NCBI GenBank assembly: GCA_020536535.1
Contig: JAHLWZ010000236.1
Span: 1-34,727, forward strand
DNA: 34,727 nucleotides
Direction: 5' to 3'
DNA from: Pelomyxa schiedti
Lineage: Eukaryota > Protista > Evosea
Shown here: positions 1 to 11,658 of the stretch, piece by piece
How the letters are laid out: each line of letters starts with the position of its first letter
Position numbering within the stretch: the first letter of the stretch is position 1
The notes under the pieces: model-generated
Databases searched by the model: none
The model's input: the letters and a program-made list of their open reading frames with translations, nothing else
What the model was told of the DNA's origin: nothing
Program-made: the position numbers and the translations under genes

Positions 1-1876
1 GTGCAACATCCTCAACAGAGAAAGAAAACAGAGAGGTGAGCTCTTTCACAGCAATCAGGCTCCACTGTGCAACACACCCCAGCAACTTCGCCAAGAGGCT
101 TCTTCTTCCTGGTTTGTTGGTAGAACTTGCACAAATGGTGGGTGGGATGTGGAATGCTTTGATTGTGAACAGGATGGCTTTTGGGTGTTTCGATGTGGCT
201 GCTTGATTGAGCACTTTCCAGGCAGAGTCGTTGTCAAGCACAACAGGAGAAGCCAGTCGACCAACAAACCACTCAATTCCATCCAATTTCTCCTCACCAC
301 TTTTCCTATTTTTGAAGATTTCCAGAAGAGCCTTGGCCAAACCGCTAGATCCACAAGAGTTGATCACCTTCGTCACTGAATAAGTTTCCTCCAACCAGTT
401 GGCAATTTTGATATTGTTGCAGGACAGCGAGGAAAGAAGCCCCCTCTTCAGGTCTGCTGGGGATAGTTCTAATTGTGATGAGGCCCACTTGACAAGTTCC
501 AAGTTGTCATCGTAGTTGCAGCATGCTGACTGGAATTCCTTCGTTGTTGGTTTGAACTTCATCTCAGAAACAAGCCACTCTACAAAGTGAAGATCAGCCC
601 CAAAGCGGAGGAATAAACCCAGACTCAAGAGTGTGAGCAGCTGCTCGGGAAAATTTCTGGCAGCCCAGAGTCTGATTTCCGGGTTCTGGATTGTGGTAAT
701 GGACAGATCATTGTATGATGAAGGTGACAAAATGTGGCACTTCGTCCATTCACAGAGTTCCAATGTGCTGTTCTCATTCGAGAGGACACGTCCAAACAGT
801 AAACTGGCAGATATGGCACCAATATTAGGGGGGATCTGTTCTAAGAACCACTTGAGAAAGTGAGGATCCTTCCCAGCACCACATGCCATGGCAAGATCCG
901 ACGCAGGCCCCAAGAATTCCCTTTGTTGCAGCTTCTGTGTCAATCCCACAAAATTGGCCAGGATCCATTTCGCAACCTCAATGTGACCTGCACTGAGTGC
1001 GGCACGGAGGGGCAGAAACATCTGCCAAGGTTCGTTGATCCCAAATGCACCTGTGACCCACTGCAGAATCTCCAGGTGCCCTGATGAACAGATTTCAGTG
1101 AGGAGGCAGAATTCACCAAAGTGCCCAGCCCACATGTCTCCCATGAGTTCGCTCTCTTTCCTCTTGTCCCACATCATTCCTGCCCGAACAGCACCTTGTC
1201 CTTCTTCTCCTTCATGTCGATCTCCAGGCCTTGGCTCCACAGCAGCACCAGTTTCAAAGAAATCCTTTGCAGCAGACAAGTGTCCCCCAATGCACAGACC
1301 AAACAGCACCCCCACCCTTTCTTTGCGCCTCCTGTCCACCATGTTCGGCGACTCCCTGCCAAAGTCAGTTATTAAAATCGAACACAACCAAGTCGCCTAA
1401 AATGCCAACACACGCACACGCACACTCAACCATAACCCCCCCATTTACTCTTCACTTTTTGGGTTTGGCAACACATACCTCGTTGCCCTGCGGTCGATAT
1501 TCCTCACCAGCCACGACACGCACCTCGACCGCGGGTCCCCCGTCGCGCTCGCGGCCACCACGAGCACGTGGTACCACCCGCTGTGGGCCACCCCTGCGCA
1601 CCCCGGCCCAGGCAACGAGTACCACGGCCGCGACGCCACCCCCACCGCCAGCTTGCACGCGAGCCCCGCCAGCGGCCACACCCCCTCCCCAGCCCTCACC
1701 AGATCCCTGCACGCCTCCGTGCGGGCTGACGCGGCGCCGTCGGGCGTGCCGGGGGGCACCAGGTGGGGCACCACGATGTGCTGCCAAACAATTGTGGCCA
1801 CGTGCACAGCCCACTCCAGTGCGCGGGCGCGGGGCGTGTGCTCCGTGTTGTTGGTGCAACAAACATTCTTATCCAT
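1..1876 (-). CDS. Family A copy A1, ankyrin-like helical repeat hypothetical protein; exons 1876-1479 and 1355-<1 (3' end outside window)
   Basis: GT..AG intron 1356-1478 joins IDRRATR to ESPNMVDRRRKE in frame. Near-identical to A2 (~8392-10361). Repeated GGHL/SGHLEILQW/AGHIEVAKW ankyrin-like motifs. Confidence 0.75.
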
Positions 1877-1935
1877 TCGGCTTGCAGAAAATGCAATTAC
1901 GCGAAACCATCAATCACAGCGTTACGCGGAGCTCA

Positions 1936-2255
1936 ATGACGACCAAGCCGCAAGTACACGCCGAGGTAGATTGGAGACCCACAATTCGCGTTCGTGACCA
2001 GATGTTGGCGTTGGCAAGTGCGACCAACGCACGGTGCGGCCGCAACAGCGCGGCGAGGACCCTCGGCCAGCACTCACAGCTGCTGAGGGCGTTATGGGAC
2101 GCGGTCGGGCCTGGTGCCCGTAAGTGGTTCAGTATGCTCGTCACCAACACCCTTGGAACCCGGTCTACATCCATTTTGATCTCAGTTTGCCCACTGATGT
2201 CTGGTGTTTACGACGTGCAAAGCATGTGGGACCACGGCACTGGGGGCCATGCCTC
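1936..2255 (+). CDS. Family B copy B1, 5' fragment cut by assembly gap
   Basis: ATG 1936 reads MTTKPQVHAEVDWRPTIRVRDQMLALASATNARCG. Near-identical to ~10409-10739; runs into Ns at 2256. Confidence 0.65.
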
Positions 2256-2355
2256 NNNNNNNNNNNNNNNNNNNNNNNNNNNNNNNNNNNNNNNNNNNNN
2301 NNNNNNNNNNNNNNNNNNNNNNNNNNNNNNNNNNNNNNNNNNNNNNNNNNNNNNN
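2256..2355. other. Assembly gap (100 N)
   Basis: Run of N. The true gap is probably >=0.9 kb because the rest of B1 is missing. Confidence 0.99.
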
Positions 2356-2368
2356 ATAAAGATGAACC

Positions 2369-4933
2369 TTACAAGAATTTGCTTCTTTGAGCGATGGTGT
2401 TAGTATTTTGGATGGAATTCTCTGCGTCCCTGTTAGCTATCCAGCACATGGCCCACAGCTGGAATTCCAGAGACCACCTGCCGGGGATGTACTCCATTCC
2501 CAATTGTGCCAGCTTGTTCAGCTCTCTCGCCGCCGGCCGGTCACCCCCATACTTGTTCTGTGTGTACCGGGCAATGCACCATACATTGGCCACCGCGGGC
2601 ACCATTCCCCACACAGAATCACACTCCAACTGGGGGAATTTGTTCAGTAACATCCTCCATGTTGAGATGTGGAGTTCCTTGTTCCCGGTAATAGTCGTTT
2701 GCCGGCCATATCGTGCGAATATAGTCAGAACCTGTATATATATGAGGAACAAAATGCGACGAGTACACCGTACACACCTCCTTTAAGCTGATTTTAAAAG
2801 AGTCAATTAACCATTCCGCACAGCCCTTCTTGTTTTCCATAAGCAACCGGAAGAGCAGGAAGTTAGTGTTTGCCTTGATGTGACCAGGTGCGAGATTGAA
2901 GTTCTCAACTAGCCACCTAATAGTATCAGAACATAAACATGCACCTTCCATACTCAGGCAATGGGATACATCTTCAGCAGAGAAGGATATCAACGAGGTG
3001 AGCTCTTTCACCTCATTGAGAGTCCTCTGTGCGACACACTGAAGAATCCCTCCTTTCTTGATGGAACTACCGGGTATTACGGGACCGATGTGGAATGCCT
3101 TGATGATGAAGAGTATGGCTTTTGGGCGTAGAGATGCTGCTGCTTGATCAAGCACTTCCAAGGCGGTGTCATTGTCAAGCTCAACAGCAGCATTAAGTCG
3201 ACCGACAAACCACTCAATGCCCTCCAGTTTCTCTTGGATGCCCCTCTCAGTGTGCTTACATATTTCAAGAAGGGCCTTTGAAACACCACTTGAGCCCTGA
3301 GAGTTGATAATGTTCATCACTGAATAAGTTTCCTCCAACCAGTTGGCAATTCTGATGTTGCCCATGCGAAGTGAGCTCAGAAGGGATTGAATGAATTCAG
3401 CTGGGGAGAGATCGACCTTCATTGACAGCCACTTCACGAGTGCTGGGTTGTCCGCCGGATTTGAGCATGCTGCATGAAGTGTGTCAGCTGTTGGTCTTAT
3501 GTGTCTCGCAGATATAAGCCACTCTGCAAAGCTTAAATCGGAGCTGAAAAAATACCCACAGAACGTATTCAGTGTGGCTTCTGTTAACAGCACAGAAAAG
3601 GATTCTATGGCCCAGTTTCTTATTTCAGGGTTCTTGATGCCGGATATTGGAATATATCTATAATTAGGTACGTGCAGCTGTTTTTGCAGCCACTTACACA
3701 ACTCAAGGGTGCTATGTTCATTCCAAAGAACATCTCTCAACAGATTTCTCGCTGAAGCGGGTTCACTTTCACAGGGGAAGTTTTCAAGAAACCACTTGAC
3801 AAGGTTGGGGTTTTTGCCCTCAGCACAGTGCGTTGTGAGTTCCACTACAATCGGCCAATTGGTGGTGCCAGTGCTGGGGAGTATGTTTGATACGAGATTA
3901 AAAGTATCCGTAATCCACTTGGCAACCTCTAGGTGGTCATTTCTAAGTGCTACGGCAAAGGGTACCACCATTTGCCAAGGTTCCTTGATCCCGAAGGAGA
4001 CTGTGACCCATTGCAGCATCTCCAGGTACCCAGATTCACAGATATCGCAGAGAAGATGGAACTCACCGAAATTGCCGGCCTCCGCATCTTCCATGAGTCC
4101 AATGCCGGGCCTCTTGTCCCACGTCAAGCGGCCAGGAGGTCTGGTGCCCATAAGAATTCCGACTTCTTCTGTGTTTGTTTCTTCTTGCCCAGTACCAGAT
4201 TCAAAGAAAGCCTTTGCAGCCGGCAGGTGACCCCCAATACACAATCCAAACATCACAGCCAGGCTCTCTTTGTGCTGTCTGCTCTTCGTTGGCCCCCTGC
4301 AACAAAGTGATATATCAGGAAGTGGTTTTTAGTGTCAAAGCGTTACTATCAGTCTTACGTCTCTTAAGGCAAACACTCTATAGCCTCTACGCAACCAATT
4401 AAATAATAATAATAATAGCAGTAATAAATATTATAATTACTGACTCCGCATATTTTCCCAAATTCACACTGGGCAGACAAGAACGGATACATTGTTTCCC
4501 TGCTGTCGATATTCCTCACGATCCACGACACGCACCTCGACCGCGGGTCCCCCGTCGCGCTCGCGGCCGCCACGAGCACGTGGTACCACCCGCTGTGCCC
4601 CACGCTCGCTCCAACGCCCCACGGCTGCGAGGCCAGTCGCAGGGCGGCGCGGCACGCGAGCCCCGCCAGCGGCCACACCCCCTCCCCCACCCTCACCAGG
4701 GCCGAGCACGCCTCCAGGCGCTCGCGCTCCCTGCCCCTGGCGCAGGTGCCGCGGTCGACCCCGTCGCTGCTGGTCGGCAGCTGCGGCGGCAGGGCGCGGG
4801 CGGCGGCGAGCCGGGCGAGGGGCAGCAGATGGGCCGCCGCCACGTGCTGCCACACCACGGCGGCCACGTGCACCGCCCACTCCACCCCCGCGGCCCGGCT
4901 CCTGCCCAGCCCCGCTGCGGCGCTGCTCGCCAT
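2369..4933 (-). CDS. Family A copy A3, ~774 aa; exons 4933-4491, 4296-2778, 2731-2369
   Basis: GT-AG introns 4297-4490 and 2732-2777 join ORFs 4364..4933, 2619..4256 and 2369..2752 in frame. Same intron positions as A2 and A4; shared C-terminal STWRM.LNKFP.L motif. Confidence 0.75.
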
Positions 4934-5001
4934 GCCTCCCTGACTTGGAACGATTTTTTATTTCGTTAACCCTGACGGTTCACAGACCCTTGGGCGTGTC
5001 T

Positions 5002-6237
5002 TTAGGGAAGCAGTGTCACAAAAGGTGTGCCCATTTCTGGGTACCCAGTAGTATCTACACGCAGAATCCTGTGTCCCGTTGTGATTTCTGTCATGGTAAA
5101 TCTGTTTCTTGAGCCATCCAAACTGAAAAGGTGGCCTCCTTCAGCAGTATGCCAGATTCCTTCCAAAGTGAATTTTTTCCCAGAAATTGTTGTGCTCCCA
5201 TTGCATTCCCATACTTGATACCACCCAGAACAGTTGTAGCCATAGCAAAACAAACAGAACTGGTGGTTGTTCAAAGTACACAACTGCAATTTCCACCAGT
5301 TACTGCTCAAATCTGCAATTTCAGTGGCCCCTTTGGCAGTATCCTCCAGTTCAAAAATTTTACACCTCTCTCTTCCCAACTCTGCTTTTAGGATGGCCAC
5401 ATGCCTGGGGTTGTTGCCTGTGCTCTTCAAAAAGGTAACATCAACTCGATGTCCTTCTATTCCTGGAATGTTGCACTTCGCTTCCTTGATCACACAGAGA
5501 ACCCCGTCGACAAAGGAACGTCTGAGGTCAACCATAAAGTAGCCGAGTGATTCAGGTGGCCCTCGGGTCAGCACATGAGCCAAGTCAGAGTCCGCATCAG
5601 TGTCACCGAGGCGCACCATTCTGCACGTAGTTTCCTCGGGTATATCGTACTTAGTAGAGATCTCTCTCGTGGTATTCTGTGCTGTGTTCTCTTCTTCTTG
5701 GAGCGTCTCTTTTTGCAGCAACGTTATTCCCATGTAACATGTGTCCTGTCTATACCAGAAATCAACACGCCACAGACGATTTTGCATGGAGAACGGGTGC
5801 GTAGGGTACACACACTCGCACGACGACAAGCCCCTCGTGATTCCGCACAGTGGAGACACCCCAAACGTGAACGACTGCCGCCACCTTGCGCCCGCGGCCT
5901 GGTCGCCCAAGCAACCCAGCACGACGACGAACTTCCTCTCGGTCAACAACACGGCGATGTAGTCCCACAATTGGGAGACGAGGGTGTGCCCGTGCGTGGC
6001 CAGCAGCCTCGCCGGCGACCCCGCACCGCACCGAGAGTGCGTGCCCACCGCGAGCACGGCGTGCAGCATCGACCAAGTTTCGCGCATCCAAGTGGAGAGC
6101 CACCCACCGCGCAGGGGAGTGATGTCACCGCAACTCTTGGAGGTGAGGCAGAGTGATGACGACGCTACCAGCCCGCGTTCGTTGGTGGACATCATTCGCC
6201 ACGTCACCGTTGGTAGTGTGGGTTGCGTAGCTGCCAT
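5002..6237 (-). CDS. Hypothetical protein, distant family B relative
   Basis: 464-codon ORF with likely ATG at 6237. Contains VLAVGTHSRCGAGSPARLL..HTLVSQLWD, FGVSPL, LNNHQFCL and YQVWECN, which parallel ALASATNARCG..LW, ISVCPL, LSSSLFC and YEIWDCN in B copies. Confidence 0.65.
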   Translation of the reverse strand: MAATQPTLPTVTWRMMSTNERGLVASSSLCLTSKSCGDITPLRGGWLSTWMRETWSMLHAVLAVGTHSRCGAGSPARLLATHGHTLVSQLWDYIAVLLTERKFVVVLGCLGDQAAGARWRQSFTFGVSPLCGITRGLSSCECVYPTHPFSMQNRLWRVDFWYRQDTCYMGITLLQKETLQEEENTAQNTTREISTKYDIPEETTCRMVRLGDTDADSDLAHVLTRGPPESLGYFMVDLRRSFVDGVLCVIKEAKCNIPGIEGHRVDVTFLKSTGNNPRHVAILKAELGRERCKIFELEDTAKGATEIADLSSNWWKLQLCTLNNHQFCLFCYGYNCSGWYQVWECNGSTTISGKKFTLEGIWHTAEGGHLFSLDGSRNRFTMTEITTGHRILRVDTTGYPEMGTPFVTLLP

Positions 6238-6402
6238 AGCACCTGTGGCTGGTTGTAATGTAATGTAAGTAAATGTGCCTTTTACTTGACGAATCCACCT
6301 CGTTTGTTTGTTGTTGATGGATCCCAACTTGGGAACTTTTCTTAGTTGGTTACAAACGAACTTCGTTTTTTCAGTAGATTGGACGTGGACCCACAACGGG
6401 AT

Positions 6403-7606
6403 TCACGGCCACTGTGGAGGTTCACCAGTGATTGCCTCTAATTCCCAATCGGCGGTGCAGTTAGCAAGCCTGCCTGACTTTTTGAATCCCAGCCGTTTGC
6501 ACTCTGTGTACAGTTCGCGGAAGACGTTCAAGGCCCCCTCACGGTCGGCAAGGTCAACCTGCAGTGTGACTGCGTGAGCGTTGCCAGTACGTGGGAAGGA
6601 GGAGTGTCAATGAAACGCACACACCTTGAAGAACGGGCAGTCAAGGGCCTTGGCACAGTTTCTGGCCTCTTTGATACCACGGCCAGCAGCCATTGGCTTG
6701 TATTTGTATGCGGCACGCATTGGAGCACATCGGACACTGACAATCACGATTGGCACTTGGGAGAATGGCACATAGTTGGAGTCCTCCCAGCCATGGTCGA
6801 TAATGCTAACGTCACCATACTGGCACTTGTGCTCGCGGCGGGTTACGTTCTGAAGGAAGTGTGAGATGGAAGGATTGACACAAACTAATATCAAGCGAAC
6901 CTGTTGCCTCTGTGGAAGTACCGTGTATTGGAGAGTGTTCTTTAGGAATGCCCAGCTCTTTGCGTTTCCTTCCTCGTACCAGAACACAAAGGCCTCATGG
7001 TTCAAGGTATCCAGTTTTGTGAGGTACACACCCTCCGGTGGTTCTACTTTTGGAATGGCCCCAAGTCTCCCCTGCATTTCGTCCACTATGTGATGTATGA
7101 TAGATCAGTAAAAAACTTTGTGTGAGTTGAGTAGGAAGGAAGGAAGAAAGGAAAGAATATAAGGAGCACACACAGCAGTAATCCCAGAGCTTCTGGCAGC
7201 GGCTAGTCCCTGTTTCCTTGTCAGAGAGCCGCAAACCATCATAAGTTACAGGCGGACCACCGCCACCATCGTAATAGTCCGTCTGAGGGGCAGGGGGCTC
7301 AGGGGGGCCAATGCAAGTAGAAATCAGGGGCGAAATTCCCCCAGCGTTGAATGGCTGCCGGCCTTCGCCGCCCTTCCTCATATCCAAAAACGCCGAGTCA
7401 CTGAGGAACCGCCACGAGAATCCAACCACCGCGACCCTCAATTCAGTGATGATGGGATTCTCGTCTGAGGAAGGGGATCCTGGTGATGACGCCAACGGTG
7501 TGGTTTTTCTCACGAGGTCACAGGGCGGTGGTTGTTCCGGTTGTTGCGAAGGCACATTGGGTGTCGCTGCAGAACTGCTACTGCTGCTACTACTGCTGCC
7601 ACCCAT
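6403..7606 (-). CDS. Degenerate Ras-superfamily small GTPase-like protein, ~332 aa; exons 7606-7174, 7085-6901, 6849-6625, 6558-6403
   Basis: Frame-consistent GT-AG introns. Segments ELRVAVVG, QKLWDY, AFVFWY....SW, VPIVIVS and AKALDCPFFKVD...NVFREL occur in Ras-fold order. N-terminal MGGSSS. Confidence 0.5.
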
Positions 7607-7827
7607 CTCGCTCGTTAACGATCTTAATTAATTATGTGAAATGTCTGTTCAAGAACAAAACATAAAAATTGGCGATTCGAACTTTGATATTGAAGTGATG
7701 GTTCAAACGAATCAGATTCGGGCACTGCCTTTCCGATTCAGATGAACGGTTCTACAGTGTCATCCCATGGCAGAAAATTACTTTTTTGGGGGGGAGTCAG
7801 GTACTCTTCCTGAGCAGAGAAAACCAA

Positions 7828-10361
7828 TCACCACACTGAAAAGTGGGAGTCACAAGGTTGGTGAAGTGGGGCAACTCTGTCAGCTTTCCACAAACGAAAT
7901 TCGTTTGTAATGTTTTCGCCACAACGGGCGCACATGCGGTTCAAGAGCCTCTGTTCGAGTGGGCCATGTTTTTGCACTCGATACCTCGCGAGTGTGTACT
8001 CTGCAATCCACACAATGTTTCTCACCACAGGCATCATTTTCCAGGCAGTGTCACAGTCCAACTCTGGGAACTTGTTGAGAATCATCCTCCACGTTGAAAG
8101 AGAGAGTGCTTGGCGGCTGCCCGATCGCCCCCATATTTTGAACATGCTCACAACCTTGTGTGTGAGTTAGGTTTGAGAAAAAGTGTTTGTGTTCAGAACA
8201 CACGTCATCCAAGCAAATTCCAAAAGAATCAATGAGCCATTCGGCACAGCCCTTCTTGTTTGAGACAATCAACCCATAAAGCACAACACTGTGGTTCGCC
8301 TTGATGTGACTCGTTGTGAGGTGGTATGTCTCCACAAGCCACCTCACTGCATCAGAGCACAAGTACACAGAACTGTCTAAACTCAATGCCTGTGCAACAT
8401 CCTCAACAGAAAAAGAAAACAGAGAGGTGAGCTCTTTCACAGCAATCAGGCTCCACTGTGCAACACACCCCAGCAACTTCGCCAAGAGGCTTCTTCTTCC
8501 TGGTTTGTTGGTGGAACTGGCACTGACACAAATGGTGGGTGGGATGTGGAATGCTTTGATTGTGAACAGTATGGCTTTTGGGCGTTTCGATGTGGCTGCT
8601 TGATTGAGCACTTTCCAGGCAGAGTCGTTGTCAAGCACAACAGGAGAAGCCAGTCGACCAACAAACCACTCAATGCCATCCAATTTCTCCTCGCCACTTT
8701 TCCTATCTTGAAAGATTTCCAGAAGAGCCTTGGACACACCGCTAGATCCACATGACTTGATCACGTTCATCACGGAATAAGTTTCCTCCAACCAGTTGGC
8801 AATTTTGATATTGTTGAAGCACAGCGAGGAAAGAAGCCCCTTTTTCAGGTCTTCTGGGGAGAGTTCTAATTTTGATGAGGCCCACTTGACAAGTTCCAAG
8901 TTGTCATCGTAGTTGCGGCAAGCTGACTGGAATTCCTTCGTTGTTGGTTTGAACTTCATCTCAGAAACAAGCCACTCTACAAAGTGAAGATCAGCCCCAA
9001 AGTGGAGGAATAAACTCAGACTGAAGAGTGTGAGCAGCTGCTCGGGAAAATTTCTGGCAGCCCAGAGTCTGATTTCCGGGTTCTGGATTGTGGTAATGGA
9101 CAGATCATTGTATGATGAAGGTGACAAAATGTGGCTCTTCGTCCATTCACAGAGTTCCAATGTGCTGTTCTCATTCGAGAGGACACGCCCAAACAGTATA
9201 CTGGCAGATATGGCACCAATATTAGGGGGGATCTGTTCTAAGAACCACTTGAGAAAGTGAGGATCCTTCCCAGCACCACATTCCATGGCAAGGTCGAGTG
9301 CAGGCCCCAAGAATTCCCTTTGTTGCAGCTTCTGTGCCAATCCCACGAAATTGGTCAGGATCCATTTTGCAACCTCAATGTGACCTGCACTGAGTGCGGC
9401 ACGGAGGGGCAGAAACATCTGCCAAGGTTCGTTGATACCAAATGCACCTGCGGCCCACTGCAGAATCTCCAGGTGTCCTGATGAACAGATTTCAGTGAGG
9501 AGGCAGAACTCACAAAAGTGCCCAGCCCACATGTCTCCCATGAGTTCGCTCTCTTTCCTCTTGTCCCACACGAGTCCGGTGGGATTCATTCCTGCCAAAA
9601 CAGCACCTTGTTCTTCTTCTCCTTCGTGTCGATCTCCAGGCATCGGCTCCACAGCAGAAGCCGTTTCAAAGAAATCCTTTGCAGCAGACAAGTGTCCACC
9701 AATGCACAGACCAAACATCACCCCCACCCTTTCTTTGCGCCTCCTGTCCACCATGTTCGGCGACTCCCTGGCAAAGTCATTAAGTCATTTAAAATCAAAC
9801 ACAACCACCGAAAATGCCAACACGCACACGCACACGCACACGCACACGCACACGCACACGCACACGCACACGCACACGCACACGCACACGCACACGCACA
9901 CGCACACGCACACGCACACTCAACCATCACCCTGCCATTTACTCTTCGCCTTTTGGGTTTGGCAATTCATACCTCGTTGGCCTGCCGTCGATGTGCCTCA
10001 CCAACCACGACACGCACCTCGACCGCGGGTCCCCCGTCGCGCTCGCGGCCACCACGAGCACGTGGTACCACCCGCTGTGGGCCACCCCCGCGCACCCCGG
10101 CCCAGGCAACGAGTACCACGGCCGCGACGCCACCCCCACCGCCAGCTTGCACGCGACCCCCGCCAGCGGCCACACCCCCTCCCCCGCCCTCACCAGCTCC
10201 CTGCACGCCTCCGCGCGGGCGGACGCGGTGCCGTCGGGCGTGCCGGGGGGCACGAGGTGGGGCACCACGACGTGCTGCCAAACAATTGTGGCCACGTGCA
10301 CAGCCCACTCCAGTGCGCGGGTGCGGGGCGTGTTGTTGGTGCAACAAACATTCGTGTCCAT
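7828..10361 (-). CDS. Family A copy A2, ~759 aa; exons 10361-9973, 9767-8204, 8154-7828
   Basis: Introns 9768-9972 and 8155-8203 (CTAAC branch point) give an open spliced frame; paralogous to A1, A3 and A4. Confidence 0.78.
9821..9916. repeat. (CACGCA)16 microsatellite in intron 1 of A2
   Basis: Perfect hexamer array. Only ~2 units at the equivalent site in A1 (1411-1422). Confidence 0.95.
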
Positions 10362-10485
10362 TCGGTTTTCGGAAATACAATTACGCGAAACCATCGTCGC
10401 ACGGCGCAATGACGACCAACAAGCCGCAAGTACTTGCGTGCACGCCGAGGTAGATTGGAGACCCACAATTCGCGTTCGTGACCAA

Positions 10486-11658
10486 ATGTTGGCGTTGGCA
10501 AGTGCGACCAACGCACGGTGCGGCCGCAACAGCCCGGCGAGGACCCTCGGCCAGCACTCACAGCTGCTCAGGGCGTTATGGGACGCGGTCGGACCTGGTG
10601 CCCGGAAGTGGTTCAGTCTGCTCGTCACCAACACCCTTGGAACCCGGTCTACATCCATTTTGATCTCAGTTTGCCCACTGATGTCTGGTGTTTACGACGT
10701 GCAAAGCATGTGGGACCACGGCACTGGGGGCCATGCCTCCAAATTATGGGTGAGTCCTGGACACTGCTTAGTTCAGGCAAAGCAGTACAACTGGGAAAGG
10801 ATGCTCATGATAGAGAATGTTGCCTCTCTGGGTAGTGATCACAGTGGTCATTATGGGAGTGAAGATACCTGCAGTTGGTCACTTGCATCCCAGGAATTCG
10901 TTCATGATCGTAGTTTTGCTTTCAATGGCAAGTGGTGGGTGTTGAATTCTCCTGATGATGATCCAAGTGCTCTGGTGATCAGGCCGATTCTGGATCCTGA
11001 CAATTCCAGGATTGTGACTATTTCTGGTTTTCAATCAAGGGAGCTGCAGCCGCATATTGTGACTGATCTTGTTTTCAATAAGGCACTTCCTGATGAGATG
11101 CTTGTTGTGAAGCACGATCGAATCCTTCCGATGTTGTTGTCGTTCCAGGTCATTGATGTTGCACAAACACACAAAATGCATTGCATCACCTCACTGTGCA
11201 TGGCTTCTTTTGCTGGCCGTTATTACACACGCTCACTATTGATGAGAAAGCGAAATGGGGAGGTTGCTATTATTGTTGAGTCTTCTGAGCAGAACGGAAT
11301 GCGGATTAATCAGTACGACTTAGATTCTGGTGATGTGAAGCAACTGCAACTGGCCTTCCAGCGTGACATTGACCTATCACAGCTGAGCAGCTCCCTTTTT
11401 TGTGTTGGCTCATCCAGTGCACACAAGTATGAAATATGGGATTGCAACTGCACAACACATCCATTGATGGTTGGGAGTAGTGGCCCTGGAAAGTTGAACC
11501 AGTTTGTTGCTGAGTCTGGTTTCCTTTTCAAAGTTAATAAGAAGAAAATACAGATGGTTGATCCCTTCTCCCGTGCAGTCATACTTGGGCTCACATTCAA
11601 TGAGGGGAAGAAACACATGAAAATTGGCAGAATATCAGCACACCTGTCTTTCCCTTGA
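10486..11658 (+). CDS. Family B copy B2, ~390 aa intronless hypothetical protein
   Basis: 3' part of ORF 9814..11658. First in-frame ATG outside A2 exon 1 and the repeat is at 10486 (MLALASATN). Homologous to B3 along its full length. Confidence 0.7.
   Translation: MLALASATNARCGRNSPARTLGQHSQLLRALWDAVGPGARKWFSLLVTNTLGTRSTSILISVCPLMSGVYDVQSMWDHGTGGHASKLWVSPGHCLVQAKQYNWERMLMIENVASLGSDHSGHYGSEDTCSWSLASQEFVHDRSFAFNGKWWVLNSPDDDPSALVIRPILDPDNSRIVTISGFQSRELQPHIVTDLVFNKALPDEMLVVKHDRILPMLLSFQVIDVAQTHKMHCITSLCMASFAGRYYTRSLLMRKRNGEVAIIVESSEQNGMRINQYDLDSGDVKQLQLAFQRDIDLSQLSSSLFCVGSSSAHKYEIWDCNCTTHPLMVGSSGPGKLNQFVAESGFLFKVNKKKIQMVDPFSRAVILGLTFNEGKKHMKIGRISAHLSFP

Noticed and set aside
1231-1935. N-terminal extensions of ORFs 1231..2403 and 16772..18433 as overlapping genes
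   Set aside because: They are stop-poor antisense reads of GC-rich exon 1, in a different frame from the B2 extension.
2619-2777. ORF-track C-termini of family A ORFs (stops at 2619, 8051, 15058), and apparent frameshifts there
   Set aside because: Explained by a conserved 46-52 bp intron leading to a homologous last exon.
9432-10485. Long plus-strand ORFs with HT/HA/TR dipeptide repeats, and the N-terminal part of the 614 aa ORF
   Set aside because: These are translations of an intronic microsatellite and the antisense of GC-rich A2 exon 1; the frame is not conserved across paralogs.
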